Part shown: positions 42,894-52,280 of the stretch, piece after piece
Numbering within the stretch: the stretch's first letter is position 1
How the letters are laid out: each line of letters opens with the position of its first letter
Assembly (NCBI GenBank): GCA_043754535.1
Contig: JAYUUN010000071.1
Location: 24,115-88,114 of the forward strand
Direction of reading: 5' to 3'
Length of the DNA stretch: 64,000 nt
DNA from: Chloroflexota bacterium
Lineage (GTDB): Bacteria; Chloroflexota; Chloroflexia; QHBQ01
Notes under the pieces: generated by a model
Database searches by the model: none
The model's input: the letters and a program-made list of their open reading frames with translations, nothing else
What the model was told of the DNA's origin: nothing
Translations under genes and position numbers: made by a program

Positions 42894-45254
42894 CTCTTGC
42901 CCATCCTCCCAGGCCGCGCGATATTCATCCTCCCCCAACTGCTGGGCGGCTTGAGCCAGGATTGCTGCCTGCTCAAGTTGCTGGCTGGCGGTGAGAACAA
43001 GGCTGTTGACGGCGCGGAGGTGCTGGGCGGCAGCGTAGCCGCGCACGCCAGCGGCAGTCTGGCCGATAGTAATGTCCAGTTCGGCGAGGGTAGTCAGGGT
43101 GTCGGCCATAGCTTCCTTGTTCTGCAAGCGGTAGTGGCGGGCCAGACTGTCGCCCAGCAACTGGCGGGCAGTCGCCAATTCGCCCTGCTTGTAGGCTACC
43201 TGACCAAGATTGTTGGTCACGCTGGCGATACTCTGCTCATCGCCAAGCGCGTTAAAGATGCGGAGGCAATCGGCGAAGTAGGGTTGCGCCGCTGCATAGT
43301 CCGCCTGCTCCCAGGCCAGCCCACCCAGGTTGTTGAGCGAAACGGCCTGCTTGCGATAGTCGGCCAGGGCGCGAAAGACCTCCACGTTCTGCTCGAACAG
43401 GTCGCGGGCGCGGCCAAAGTCACCTCGGCTGCGGGCGACGATACCCAGGCCATTACGCGAGCTAGCAGCCCCCTCGCGGTCGCCAACGCGCTCCTGGATA
43501 GCCAACGCTTGCCCGTAGTAACCTTCAGCGGCGTTGTCGCCCTGGGTCAGGGCCAGGAAGCCGAGACCATAGAGGGCTTTGGCCTCGCTGCTGGGGGGTG
43601 GGTTACTGGCGGTAGCCAACCCCTCGCTCAACCACCTGCGCCCCTCGCTCAGGTGCGCTCGGATCATCCAGAACCGCCAGAGTGCAGCAGCCAGCCGCAA
43701 CGCCTCTGTCGGTTGAGCTTGCAGCCCCCAGCTGAGGGCGGCACGCAGGTTTGGCTGCACCGCTTCCAGGCGATCCAACCAGGTAGCCTGCTCCGCGCCA
43801 GTCAACTGCCCCTCGGCCCGCTCGGCCAGGGCAAGATAGCAGGCGAAGTGGCGGGCCTGGATTGCAGCCAGCCCACCGCCGACCGCCAGTTGGAGGGCAG
43901 CATACTCGCGGATCGTCTCCAGCATCCGATACTGCATCTCTGCCTGTTCGTCACGCACCAGCAGCGACTTCTCCACCAATTGGCCCAGGCGATCCAGCAT
44001 CTCATCTGCGTCGCTAGCAGGCGTGACGCAGGCTGCCGCCGCTGCTGCATCGAAGCTGCCGCTGAAGACCGCTAGCTGGCGAAAGAGAGTGCGTTCCTCC
44101 TCCTCTAGCAGGTCATAGCTCCAGTCCACTAGAGCCTTGAGCGTCTGCTGGCGAGGCAGAGCCGAGCGGTCGCCAACGGTCAGCAGGCGAAAACGGTCGC
44201 CCATGCGCGCCGCGATCTGCTCCACACTCAACACCCGCAGGCGGGCTGCTGCCAGTTCAATTGCCAACGGGATGCCATCCAGCTGCTGGCAGAGTTGGCG
44301 CACTGCCGCCACCCCTCGTTCGCTCAGGTGGAAGCCAGGTTGGGCCGCCTTCGCTCGCTCTAGAAAGAGGCGGGTGGCCTGGTAGCGGGTGAGATCGCTC
44401 GGGCCAATCGGCTCGTCGGCAGCAGGCAGGGAGAGTGACGGCACCCGCCAGGTCACTTCGCCCGCCACCCGCAGCGTCTCCCGACTGGTCGCCAGCACGC
44501 GCAGGCCAGGGCAGCGTACCAGCAGCCCATGCACGAGGTTGGCAGCGGCGGTCAGCAGGTGTTCACAGTTGTCCAGGATTAGCAGCAACTCGCGGTCGCC
44601 GAGGGCAATACAGATCGCGTCCAAGATCGGCTCCCCAGCCTGTTCGCGCACCGCCAGCACCCGGGCGACCGCTGCTGGCACCAATGCAGGGTCGCGCAGA
44701 GCCGCCAGTTCCACCAGCCAGACCCCGCCCGTGAACCGCTCGGCCAGGCGGTCGCCCAGTTCGAGGGCCAGGCGCGTCTTACCACAGCCACCTTCACCGG
44801 TCAGAGTCAGCAGGTGGGTTTGGCTCAACAACTGCAATATGGTGCCGATCTCGCGCTCGCGGCCCACGAAGCTGGTCTGGCGCAGCGGCAGGTTGTGCAG
44901 CCGCACGGAGCTAGCCGCTGGGGGCGTGGTTGCAGGAGGAGCCAACGCATCGAGGGGTGGAGCCAGCCAGTCCGCAGCGGTGAAGGGTGGACACTCCACC
45001 AGGGCTAGCAACTCCAACGCCTCGCCCTGCGTACGGATCGCTCCCCAGTCGGCCAGCGTGCTGACCACAGCCCGCACATCGCGGGCAGTCAGTTTCGCCC
45101 CCTTGTTGGCGTTCAGGCGGTTGCTCAACTCCGAGCGGCTGAGGTTGACCGCCGTCGCCAGGTCTTGCATCGTCGCCCGGCGGCGGTCGTCGTAGGGGGT
45201 GACGCGCCGGATCAACTCCTGCACCCGCGTAGTAAACAAATTGAGATCGTACAT
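42831..45254 (-). CDS. STAND-class regulator: N-terminal HTH, NB-ARC/AAA ATPase, C-terminal TPR array
   Basis: HTH-like N-terminus (MQDLATAVNLSRSELSNRLN). Walker A LTGEGGCGKTRLALEL, Walker B LLILDNCEHL. About 7 TPR units (ALYGLGFLALTQGD..., NGLGIVARSRGDF..., NNLGGLAWEQADY..., NNLGQVAYKQGEL...). The ATG at 45254 has a GGAGGAG Shine-Dalgarno. The 3' end overlaps the convergent LuxE-like gene by 63 nt. Confidence 0.8.
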   Translation of the reverse strand: MYDLNLFTTRVQELIRRVTPYDDRRRATMQDLATAVNLSRSELSNRLNANKGAKLTARDVRAVVSTLADWGAIRTQGEALELLALVECPPFTAADWLAPPLDALAPPATTPPAASSVRLHNLPLRQTSFVGREREIGTILQLLSQTHLLTLTGEGGCGKTRLALELGDRLAERFTGGVWLVELAALRDPALVPAAVARVLAVREQAGEPILDAICIALGDRELLLILDNCEHLLTAAANLVHGLLVRCPGLRVLATSRETLRVAGEVTWRVPSLSLPAADEPIGPSDLTRYQATRLFLERAKAAQPGFHLSERGVAAVRQLCQQLDGIPLAIELAAARLRVLSVEQIAARMGDRFRLLTVGDRSALPRQQTLKALVDWSYDLLEEEERTLFRQLAVFSGSFDAAAAAACVTPASDADEMLDRLGQLVEKSLLVRDEQAEMQYRMLETIREYAALQLAVGGGLAAIQARHFACYLALAERAEGQLTGAEQATWLDRLEAVQPNLRAALSWGLQAQPTEALRLAAALWRFWMIRAHLSEGRRWLSEGLATASNPPPSSEAKALYGLGFLALTQGDNAAEGYYGQALAIQERVGDREGAASSRNGLGIVARSRGDFGRARDLFEQNVEVFRALADYRKQAVSLNNLGGLAWEQADYAAAQPYFADCLRIFNALGDEQSIASVTNNLGQVAYKQGELATARQLLGDSLARHYRLQNKEAMADTLTTLAELDITIGQTAAGVRGYAAAQHLRAVNSLVLTASQQLEQAAILAQAAQQLGEDEYRAAWEDGQELPLGEVVASRLQPQGAAAQP

Positions 45255-45370
45255 TGGTTGCTCCTCCACCACTCTGCTGCATTCCCCATCCTACTACGTC
45301 AGCCGCCGCAGGTCAAGCCCCTCTGCCGCTCAACTCGCCACAAGACCCTACAGGATCGCACAGCCCCTCG

Positions 45371-45379
45371 TGCTAGAAT
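45371..45379 (+). promoter_or_regulatory. Putative extended -10 promoter (TGcTAGAAT) for the LamG-SLH gene
   Basis: ctcgTGcTAGAATagagg, about 95 nt upstream of the ATG at 45474. Confidence 0.45.
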
Positions 45380-45473
45380 AGAGGTAGGCAAAGTGATCTG
45401 GCCGGGGAGTTAGCCGGGTCTGCCGTCAAGCACCGCCTCTGGCATGAGGCACAATGAGAAAGGATAGTCTGTG

Positions 45474-48407
45474 ATGAACAAGCATCGGTTGTCCACTATC
45501 GTCCTGACCCTGGCTCTGCTGTTGAGCAGTGGCGCGGGGATCGCTACCGCCAGCAATAGCCTGGCCCAGCCGCACAGCAATGCGGCCCCCCAACAACCCC
45601 GCGCCTGCGTCACCCCACCAGCGAACATGGTCGCCTGGTACCCCTTCGATGAGGCAGCAGGGCCGACCGCCTTCGATATCACCGTGAACGCCAACAACGG
45701 CAACTGGCTCACCCCACTCTCAGTGATCGCGGGTAAGGTGGCAAATGCCATCTACTTCCTTGGTGGCTATGTGGAGGCGACCAACAGCCCCAGCCTCAAC
45801 TTCGGCACTGGCAACTTCGCAATGGACGGATGGATCAGGCTGCTACAGAGTTCCGGCCCCCAAGGTGTAGTGGACAAGCGCAGTTTTGGCTCTGGCACTA
45901 ACTACCGCGGCTACGCCCTGGTGCGGGCTGGCAATCAACTTCGCTTCGAGTTTAGCGACGGTAGCGGGACGGTTTGGGGAGCAACCACCCCAGCGATCCC
46001 CGCCCTGACCAACGGCCTATGGCATTTCATCGCCGTCACGGTTGACCGCAGCAGCAGCACTGGGCTGAACATCTACGTGGACAATGTGCTGGTAGCAACC
46101 GCTAACGCCACGGGCGCAAACACCATCACCAACGCCGCCAACCTGTGGATCGGCAAGAGCCACAAGACAGGCGAAGGTACCTTCCTAGAGAGTGGGCTTG
46201 ACGAGCTGGAACTGTTCGACCGCGACCTGAGCGCGAGCGAGATTGCCACCCTGTTCCAGGCTGACAGCGAGGGCAAGTGCAAGCAGCAGGGTCAGCCGAC
46301 TGTCACCGCCACTGCCACCCCCCGCCAGCAAGTAACCCTCACCCCGACCTGTCCGGCTGGCACCGTCTGCAACAGCCCCACCCCCACTAACACCGTCTGC
46401 GCCGACCCGGTTGGCAACCCCTGCGACACGGCCACCTCAACTGCCACTCAGCCGCAGGCGACCGCGACCGCCACCGCCACTATTACCCGCATCCCCACTG
46501 GCACTGGTACCAGCACGGCCACCGCCACCCAGCCGCAGGCAACTGCCACCAGCACTGCGATCAGCACGCCAACGGCGACAGCCACCCACGAGTGCTGCCA
46601 GCCCTATAGCCTCAACCTGACAGCGGGCATTGCTGACAACTTCACGCTGCCGACCGAGCCAGCCAGCCCCAGCACCAACCTCGCCAACTTCATTGCCCCA
46701 GCCCCACTGCGCCCCTTCGACGACCCCAGCGCGAACAGCGGCTTCGGTCACACCTTCACGGGCCTGGCTCCGCTGAACGACACCCACATCTGCTCGGCCA
46801 CCCTGACCATCCGCCTCAAGGCCACGCAGGACATCCCAACCAACGACGGCATCGCCCTCGGCTTCACCCCACCAGGCGGTAGCGGCTTCGCCTGGACACA
46901 CTATATTGGCAGCGGCAACTCCTCGCCGGGGCTGATCGGCACCCCCTGGACGGTGGGTAGTCCGGCTGTCACCTTCAACCTCAACCTCGCAGCCCTACCC
47001 GTGGGGACGAGCGGCAGCTTCAACCTCCTAGCACAGATTGCCAGTAACGGCTACCTCGACGTGCTGGTGCGTGACGACACAATGGTGGACTTCGTAAGCC
47101 TCAGCGTCAACTACTGCTGCGACTGCACGCCGCACGTCACCACCACCCGCGCTGGCATCGCCGACCAGTTCGCCGCCCCGCTTGAGACGGCAGTCCCCGG
47201 CCCTGGCCTCTACACCTATATGAGTTCGCATGGCTTCCTACCGGGGCTTAAGTTCGACGAGCAGGCACCGAACCGCGTCTTCGGTCACACCTTCGCCAAC
47301 CTGCGCCCGCTAGACAACAGCACCATCTGCACTGCAACCCTGGAGATTCGGGTCAAGGCTCAGCAAGGTGGCTCAGGCAACGACGCGATCTACCTGGGCG
47401 TAGCCCCCAGCGGCAGCAACCCCTGGACCTGGGGCCACCACTTCGGCAACCCTGGCGGCCTCGGCGCACCCTTCCCGGCCATCTGGTCGCCTGGCACCGC
47501 CCCTGTCACCTACTTGTTCGACCTCAACAACCTGCCCACCCCCGGCGGCCCCGTCAGCCTGATCAGCCTGCTCAACAGCAATGGCTACCTGGATATGCTG
47601 ATGCAGGACGACACCGCCATTGACTACATGATCCTTACCGTCGGTTACTGCTGCCCGCCAGCGAACGGCACTCCCGTACCGTCCGTCACCGCGACTGTAG
47701 GCCCACGCCCAACCCGCACGGTCGCCCCGACCAACACCCCTTGCCGTGTCCCCTGGATTGACATCAGCAACAGCGTCTTCCAACCTTACATCACCCGCCT
47801 CGGTTGCCTGGGCGTAGTCAACGGCACCAGCGCAACCACCTTCAGCCCCAACAACAATGTCACTCGCGGTCAGCTTGCCAAGATCAGCACGGGCGCACTC
47901 GGTCTGCTCAGCGGTGGGCTGAGCGAGGTGGGTGAGCAGAGCTTCGCCGACGTGCCAACCAGCAGTATCTTCTACCAGTACATCGAAGCGGCTGCCCTCT
48001 ACGACGTGATCAGCGGCTATCCCTGCGGCGGCCCTGGTGAGCCATGCGACGAGCAGGCCCGCCCCTACTTCCGGCCCAACGCCAATGCTACCCGCGGCCA
48101 ACTTGCCAAGATCATCGTGCAGGCTGGGGACTTTAACGACGACCCGATTGCTGAAGACCAGCAGAGCTTCGCTGATGTACCGAGCAGCAGCCTGTTCTAC
48201 CGCTACATTGAGATCGCTTACGGGCGGGGCATCGTTGGTGGCTTCCCCTGCGGTGGCCCTGGTGAGCCATGCGACGCACAAGCCCTCCCCTACTTCCGGC
48301 CCAACGCAACCGCTACTCGCGGCCAACTGACCAAGCTGGTAGACATTGCGATGAGCGAGCAGGGTCTCCCCCCACATGGCCCTTCCGCCGCCAATAGGGT
48401 CAGGTAA
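45474..48407 (+). CDS. Secreted LamG/ConA-like lectin-fold protein with Thr/Pro linker, two copies of an uncharacterised Cys-capped domain, and three SLH domains
   Basis: Signal peptide. LamG_3-like block (AWYPFDE...GKVANAIYFLGGYVEATNSPSLNFGTGNFAMDGWIRL...WHFIAVTVDRSSSTGLNIYVDNVLV...LWIGKS...LDELELFDRDLSASEI). A duplicated roughly 178-aa domain covers aa 374-552 and 553-729. SLH units WIDISNSVFQPYITRLGCLGVVNG, FADVPTSSIFYQYIEAAALYDVISGY, FADVPSSSLFYRYIEIAYGRGIVGGF. Confidence 0.8.
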   Translation: MNKHRLSTIVLTLALLLSSGAGIATASNSLAQPHSNAAPQQPRACVTPPANMVAWYPFDEAAGPTAFDITVNANNGNWLTPLSVIAGKVANAIYFLGGYVEATNSPSLNFGTGNFAMDGWIRLLQSSGPQGVVDKRSFGSGTNYRGYALVRAGNQLRFEFSDGSGTVWGATTPAIPALTNGLWHFIAVTVDRSSSTGLNIYVDNVLVATANATGANTITNAANLWIGKSHKTGEGTFLESGLDELELFDRDLSASEIATLFQADSEGKCKQQGQPTVTATATPRQQVTLTPTCPAGTVCNSPTPTNTVCADPVGNPCDTATSTATQPQATATATATITRIPTGTGTSTATATQPQATATSTAISTPTATATHECCQPYSLNLTAGIADNFTLPTEPASPSTNLANFIAPAPLRPFDDPSANSGFGHTFTGLAPLNDTHICSATLTIRLKATQDIPTNDGIALGFTPPGGSGFAWTHYIGSGNSSPGLIGTPWTVGSPAVTFNLNLAALPVGTSGSFNLLAQIASNGYLDVLVRDDTMVDFVSLSVNYCCDCTPHVTTTRAGIADQFAAPLETAVPGPGLYTYMSSHGFLPGLKFDEQAPNRVFGHTFANLRPLDNSTICTATLEIRVKAQQGGSGNDAIYLGVAPSGSNPWTWGHHFGNPGGLGAPFPAIWSPGTAPVTYLFDLNNLPTPGGPVSLISLLNSNGYLDMLMQDDTAIDYMILTVGYCCPPANGTPVPSVTATVGPRPTRTVAPTNTPCRVPWIDISNSVFQPYITRLGCLGVVNGTSATTFSPNNNVTRGQLAKISTGALGLLSGGLSEVGEQSFADVPTSSIFYQYIEAAALYDVISGYPCGGPGEPCDEQARPYFRPNANATRGQLAKIIVQAGDFNDDPIAEDQQSFADVPSSSLFYRYIEIAYGRGIVGGFPCGGPGEPCDAQALPYFRPNATATRGQLTKLVDIAMSEQGLPPHGPSAANRVR
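46284..46589 (+). repeat. In-frame Thr/Pro/Ala/Gln linker coding repeats (TQPQATATATA units)
   Basis: Translates as QPTVTATATPRQQVTLTPT...TATQPQATATATATITRIPTGTGTSTATATQPQATATSTAISTPTATATH. Confidence 0.8.
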
Positions 48408-48544
48408 TCCCTCAGTAACCGTCTCCCCCGGTTGCATCTCCCGCCTCATCAGCCTGCTGGTGGGGCGGTTGCCATCTTGCAATGAAGCAACTGTAGAGCG
48501 CATGACTATAAGGCAGAGGAAGATCAACACACGAGGAGGAATTA

Positions 48545-51500
48545 ATGAGCAAGAACGCCATCGTGGCTCGCCTACTACTTACCATGCTGCTAGCAGTCAG
48601 CAGCGGTGGGGGAGCGCAGGCCAGCGACCAGTCAGCGACCAGTCAGCGACCAGCCATGCAGCCTACCGCCAGCCAGCAGCCTACCGCCCTGGATCAGTAC
48701 GGCGGCTACCTGGGCTTGCCGATCAGCAATAGCAGCGGCTACTTTCGCACCGCGCAGACCGGAGGCAAGTGGTGGCTGGTCACCCCCGAAGGCCACGCCT
48801 TCTATTCGCTCGGCGTGAACTCGCTCAACATCTATGAGGGTGACGGCACCAGCGACAGCTATTATGGGCGCAACTTTGACACCTACACCAGCTTCGAGCA
48901 GTGGAACGCCCAGACCGCCCAGCGAGTGCATGACGACTGGCACTTCAACACGGTAGCAGGCTGGTCTAACCAGCAGATGTACCATCGAGGGATGCCCGCC
49001 ACCCTCAACCTGCTGTTCAGCTACGGCAACTTCCCGCACATCAACCCTGTCTTCCCCGACGTGTTCGACCCAGCCTGGACGAACTTTGTTACCAACACGG
49101 TCAATACCCTAATCCCCCTCAGCTACACCACCGACCCCTGGATGATGGGCTACTACATTGACGGCGAAATCTGGTGGATGAAGGACGGCTATTACGTAGA
49201 CAGCGCAAACAACAGCGTGGTAGAGAACTTCATCCAGCAGCCGGGCAGCAGCTATGGCAAGCGGGCCTGGGTGGAGTATCTGCGCGGACGCTACGCTACG
49301 GTCGCCAGCCTCAACGCCGCCTGGCAGAGTAGCTTCAGCAGCTTCACTGGCACCGAACCCAGCAGCGTCGCCAGCACTACCCAGGTGACAACCAACCGCG
49401 CCGCTGCTGACAAGAGTGCGTTCCTGGCCCTCGTCGCCGACCAATATTACCGGGTGACGGCCACGGCGGTACGCGCCCGTGCGCCCCACCAGCTAGTCTT
49501 GGGTGATAGGATGCTGGGTGTCCCCTTCGACCGCGAGGTTTTTGCCGCAGCGGGCCGCTGGCTAGACGTGCTGACTATCGACATCTACAGCAACAACCCC
49601 ACCAATCCCACCTTGCACGCGCTAGACAAGGCGGTGACAGATAGTAACAAGCCGCTGCTGATTGCCGAGATGGGCTATCGCACCTGGAACAGCGGGCAGG
49701 TCAACAACCCACCACTCCCCGGTGCCGCCCTCAGCGACGAGGATGCCCGCGCCGACGCTTACCGCATCTACCTGGGCGAACTGCTACGCCGCCCAGCAGT
49801 GGTCGGGATGCACTGGTTCAAGCTGTCGGACGACCCGGTGATGAAGCGCGGCCCCCAGTTCGGCGGCTACTACGGCTGGGGGCTAGTCAACATCAACAAC
49901 CAGCCATACACCCGCCTGACGGATCGCATCGCCGCTTACAATGCCGACGTGTATCCCCGCCGCCTGCAACAGCCAGTGGTCAACCTGGAGCCTCCCCTGC
50001 CGATCTACCCCACCTACGCGGGCGCAAGCCTGGGCAGCACGGTGGACTTCCGTTGGCGGGCGGTGAATGGGGCAATCAGCTACACCCTGCAACTGGCCCG
50101 CACTCCCAGCTTCAGCAGCTCAATCACCGTTAGAGATGCTCTGACTAGTACAAGCCACAGCTACGATTTTGCCCAGGACTGGGGCCGCTGGTACTGGCGG
50201 GTGCGGGTCAACAGCAGCAGCAGCGACTATCTGGCCTACACAGCAGCCCAGCCCTTTGATGTCTTGCAGCCGGTCAACGAGACGCTGATCAGCGGCTTCG
50301 AGTCGCCAGAGGAGGTGAACCTGATCGAGCAGGGCGGCGCAGCGCGGTGGGCGCGGGAGTTGACCGCCACCTTCAGCCTGACCGCCACTCAGGGGGGCGC
50401 AACCCAGGGCCAGCAGGCGGGGCTACTCACCTTCAGCGGCGACTACGCAGGTGGGTCGGGCTATGGCTCCTACGCCAGCCTCTACCGCCTGCCCAACTAC
50501 GGCAACTTTAGCCCGCGCAATATCAGCGGCTACGACTATCTCAGCCTGGATGTGACCAACCCGGAAAGCGACACCACCAGCAGCCTGTTCTACGCCAGCC
50601 TCGCCAACGACAGCGGCACCGACAAGCGGTGGGAGTCCCCCTTGCGAAGCGGCCTCAACCGCTGGCACCTGCCTCTCAGCGAGGCATCGGCGCGGATCGA
50701 CCTCAGCGCAATCGGCAACCTCAAGCTGGGCCTGCGCCTACCCCACCCCGGCCAGCAAGTGATCGTAGACAACCTGCGCCTGACCCAGGTGCGCCACGAT
50801 GCGCCCGCCCAACCGCCCGTCAACCTGACTGCCAGCGATGCGGCGATCAGCGGCACCCTCGCCCTCGACTGGGCCAGCTACCGCCCAGCCACCAGCACTG
50901 TCGCCTACCACATCTACGTGACCGACACGGCGGGGGTGAACGTCACCAGCCTGCTGCCAGCCCTCACCCTCGACGCGGCTACCCAATACAGCTTGCTCAA
51001 GTTTGCCAACCCTGCCGCCCCGCTTGCGCTGCTGAACGCCAAGACCTGGTACGTGGCCGTCACTGCGGTTGACCTCTGGGGCAACGAGAGCAGCGTGGGT
51101 GCCATGCAGCCCGTCACCCCAACCGAGTGTGGCAGCCACTTCGCCGACATTGGAGCCACCTCTTGGGCCTTGCACTACGTCAGCCGCCTCGCCTGTCAAG
51201 GCGTAGTGGGGGGGTTGAGCGACGGCAACTTCCACCCCAACGACACCACCACGCGGGCGCAGTTTACCAAGATGATCGTCACTGTCCTCGGCTGGCCGCT
51301 GCTCAACCCCGCCACCCCTAGCTTCCCCGACGTGCAGCCTGACTATTGGGCCTATCGTTACATTGAGACGGCGCGAGCCTACGGCGTGGTGGGCGGCAAA
51401 CCGGACGGCAACTTCCACGCCAACGACTACGTGACGCGGGCTGAGCTAGCCAAGCTGATCGTCCGGGCGGCTGGCTGGCCGCTGCTGTTGCCCACCACTG

Positions 51501-52183
51501 CCACCTTCGCCGATGTGCCGTTTGACCACTGGGCAGCATCCTACATAGAGGCTGCCGCTAGCTGGGGTGTGGTCAACGGCACTGGCGGCGGCAACTACAG
51601 TCCCGGCGCGACTGGCACGCGGGCGCAACTGAGCAAGATGCTCTGGCTGGCGATCCACCGTCCGCTGGGTAATCCCGCCCCAACCTTCGCCCTGCCACCC
51701 GCCTACCCTGCTACTATCTTCCACAGCGACCCAATCGCGACCACAGTTGTCAGTGGCAGCCTCGTAATCTTGAAGAAGGAACTGAGTGCCTTTGCCAACT
51801 ACGGCAATCCCAGCGGCAACGCCGACATCATCTACGGCCAGACCCAGGCCGACTGGAACTTTGACCTACCGACCACGATCACCCCTGGCATGGTGCCGAC
51901 CGCAGAGTGGTTGCTGGCGGGCGCACTCGACGACCATCCCAGTCTACCGACCAGCGAATACAGTGGGACGGTTCTCAGCAACGGGCAGATCAGCTTTGCT
52001 GGCCGCTTCCCCTTCACGCATGGGCAGGGTAGCCGCTTCAACAACTGGGCTGTACTAAGCCTGCCAGTCAGCAGTGGTCTGCGGCAAAGCGGCAACACCC
52101 TGCGCCTGAGCAGCAGTGCCAGCGACGGCGCGCACTGGGTCGGCGTAGACTGGGTGCAACTAGTCCTCCACCTACGCCAGTAG
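48545..52183 (+). CDS. Very large secreted glycoside-hydrolase-like (clan GH-A TIM-barrel-like) protein with Fn3/Ig-like modules, three SLH domains and a C-terminal beta-rich domain
   Basis: Signal peptide. The N-terminal catalytic-like region (GGKWWLVTPEGHAFYSLGVNSLN...NTVAGWSN...LLIAEMGYRTWN...GMHWFKLSDDP) resembles GH-A beta-glycanases. SLH units FADIGATSWALHYVSRLACQGVVGG, FPDVQPDYWAYRYIETARAYGVVGG, FADVPFDHWAASYIEAAASWGVVNG. The GH family is not assignable by eye. Confidence 0.6.
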   Translation: MSKNAIVARLLLTMLLAVSSGGGAQASDQSATSQRPAMQPTASQQPTALDQYGGYLGLPISNSSGYFRTAQTGGKWWLVTPEGHAFYSLGVNSLNIYEGDGTSDSYYGRNFDTYTSFEQWNAQTAQRVHDDWHFNTVAGWSNQQMYHRGMPATLNLLFSYGNFPHINPVFPDVFDPAWTNFVTNTVNTLIPLSYTTDPWMMGYYIDGEIWWMKDGYYVDSANNSVVENFIQQPGSSYGKRAWVEYLRGRYATVASLNAAWQSSFSSFTGTEPSSVASTTQVTTNRAAADKSAFLALVADQYYRVTATAVRARAPHQLVLGDRMLGVPFDREVFAAAGRWLDVLTIDIYSNNPTNPTLHALDKAVTDSNKPLLIAEMGYRTWNSGQVNNPPLPGAALSDEDARADAYRIYLGELLRRPAVVGMHWFKLSDDPVMKRGPQFGGYYGWGLVNINNQPYTRLTDRIAAYNADVYPRRLQQPVVNLEPPLPIYPTYAGASLGSTVDFRWRAVNGAISYTLQLARTPSFSSSITVRDALTSTSHSYDFAQDWGRWYWRVRVNSSSSDYLAYTAAQPFDVLQPVNETLISGFESPEEVNLIEQGGAARWARELTATFSLTATQGGATQGQQAGLLTFSGDYAGGSGYGSYASLYRLPNYGNFSPRNISGYDYLSLDVTNPESDTTSSLFYASLANDSGTDKRWESPLRSGLNRWHLPLSEASARIDLSAIGNLKLGLRLPHPGQQVIVDNLRLTQVRHDAPAQPPVNLTASDAAISGTLALDWASYRPATSTVAYHIYVTDTAGVNVTSLLPALTLDAATQYSLLKFANPAAPLALLNAKTWYVAVTAVDLWGNESSVGAMQPVTPTECGSHFADIGATSWALHYVSRLACQGVVGGLSDGNFHPNDTTTRAQFTKMIVTVLGWPLLNPATPSFPDVQPDYWAYRYIETARAYGVVGGKPDGNFHANDYVTRAELAKLIVRAAGWPLLLPTTATFADVPFDHWAASYIEAAASWGVVNGTGGGNYSPGATGTRAQLSKMLWLAIHRPLGNPAPTFALPPAYPATIFHSDPIATTVVSGSLVILKKELSAFANYGNPSGNADIIYGQTQADWNFDLPTTITPGMVPTAEWLLAGALDDHPSLPTSEYSGTVLSNGQISFAGRFPFTHGQGSRFNNWAVLSLPVSSGLRQSGNTLRLSSSASDGAHWVGVDWVQLVLHLRQ

Positions 52184-52225
52184 CCAGCTCAGAAAGGTGC
52201 CACGCAGATTCTAACACGCCTCTTT

Positions 52226-52255
52226 TTGTCTTTCACCCACCACATTTGCTATAAT
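52226..52255 (+). promoter_or_regulatory. Putative promoter TTGTCT-18-TGcTATAAT (extended -10)
   Basis: ttTTGTCTttcacccaccacattTGcTATAATaca upstream of the ORF at 52281. Confidence 0.5.
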
Positions 52256-52280
52256 ACAGGGGTTAGCTTGGCAAAGTTGC

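Noticed and set aside
42831-45254. STAND NTPase read as an Avs-like antiphage defence protein.
   Set aside because: The N-terminal domain looks like a DNA-binding HTH rather than a nuclease, protease, Sir2 or TIR effector. No other defence genes, integrases or island borders are nearby.
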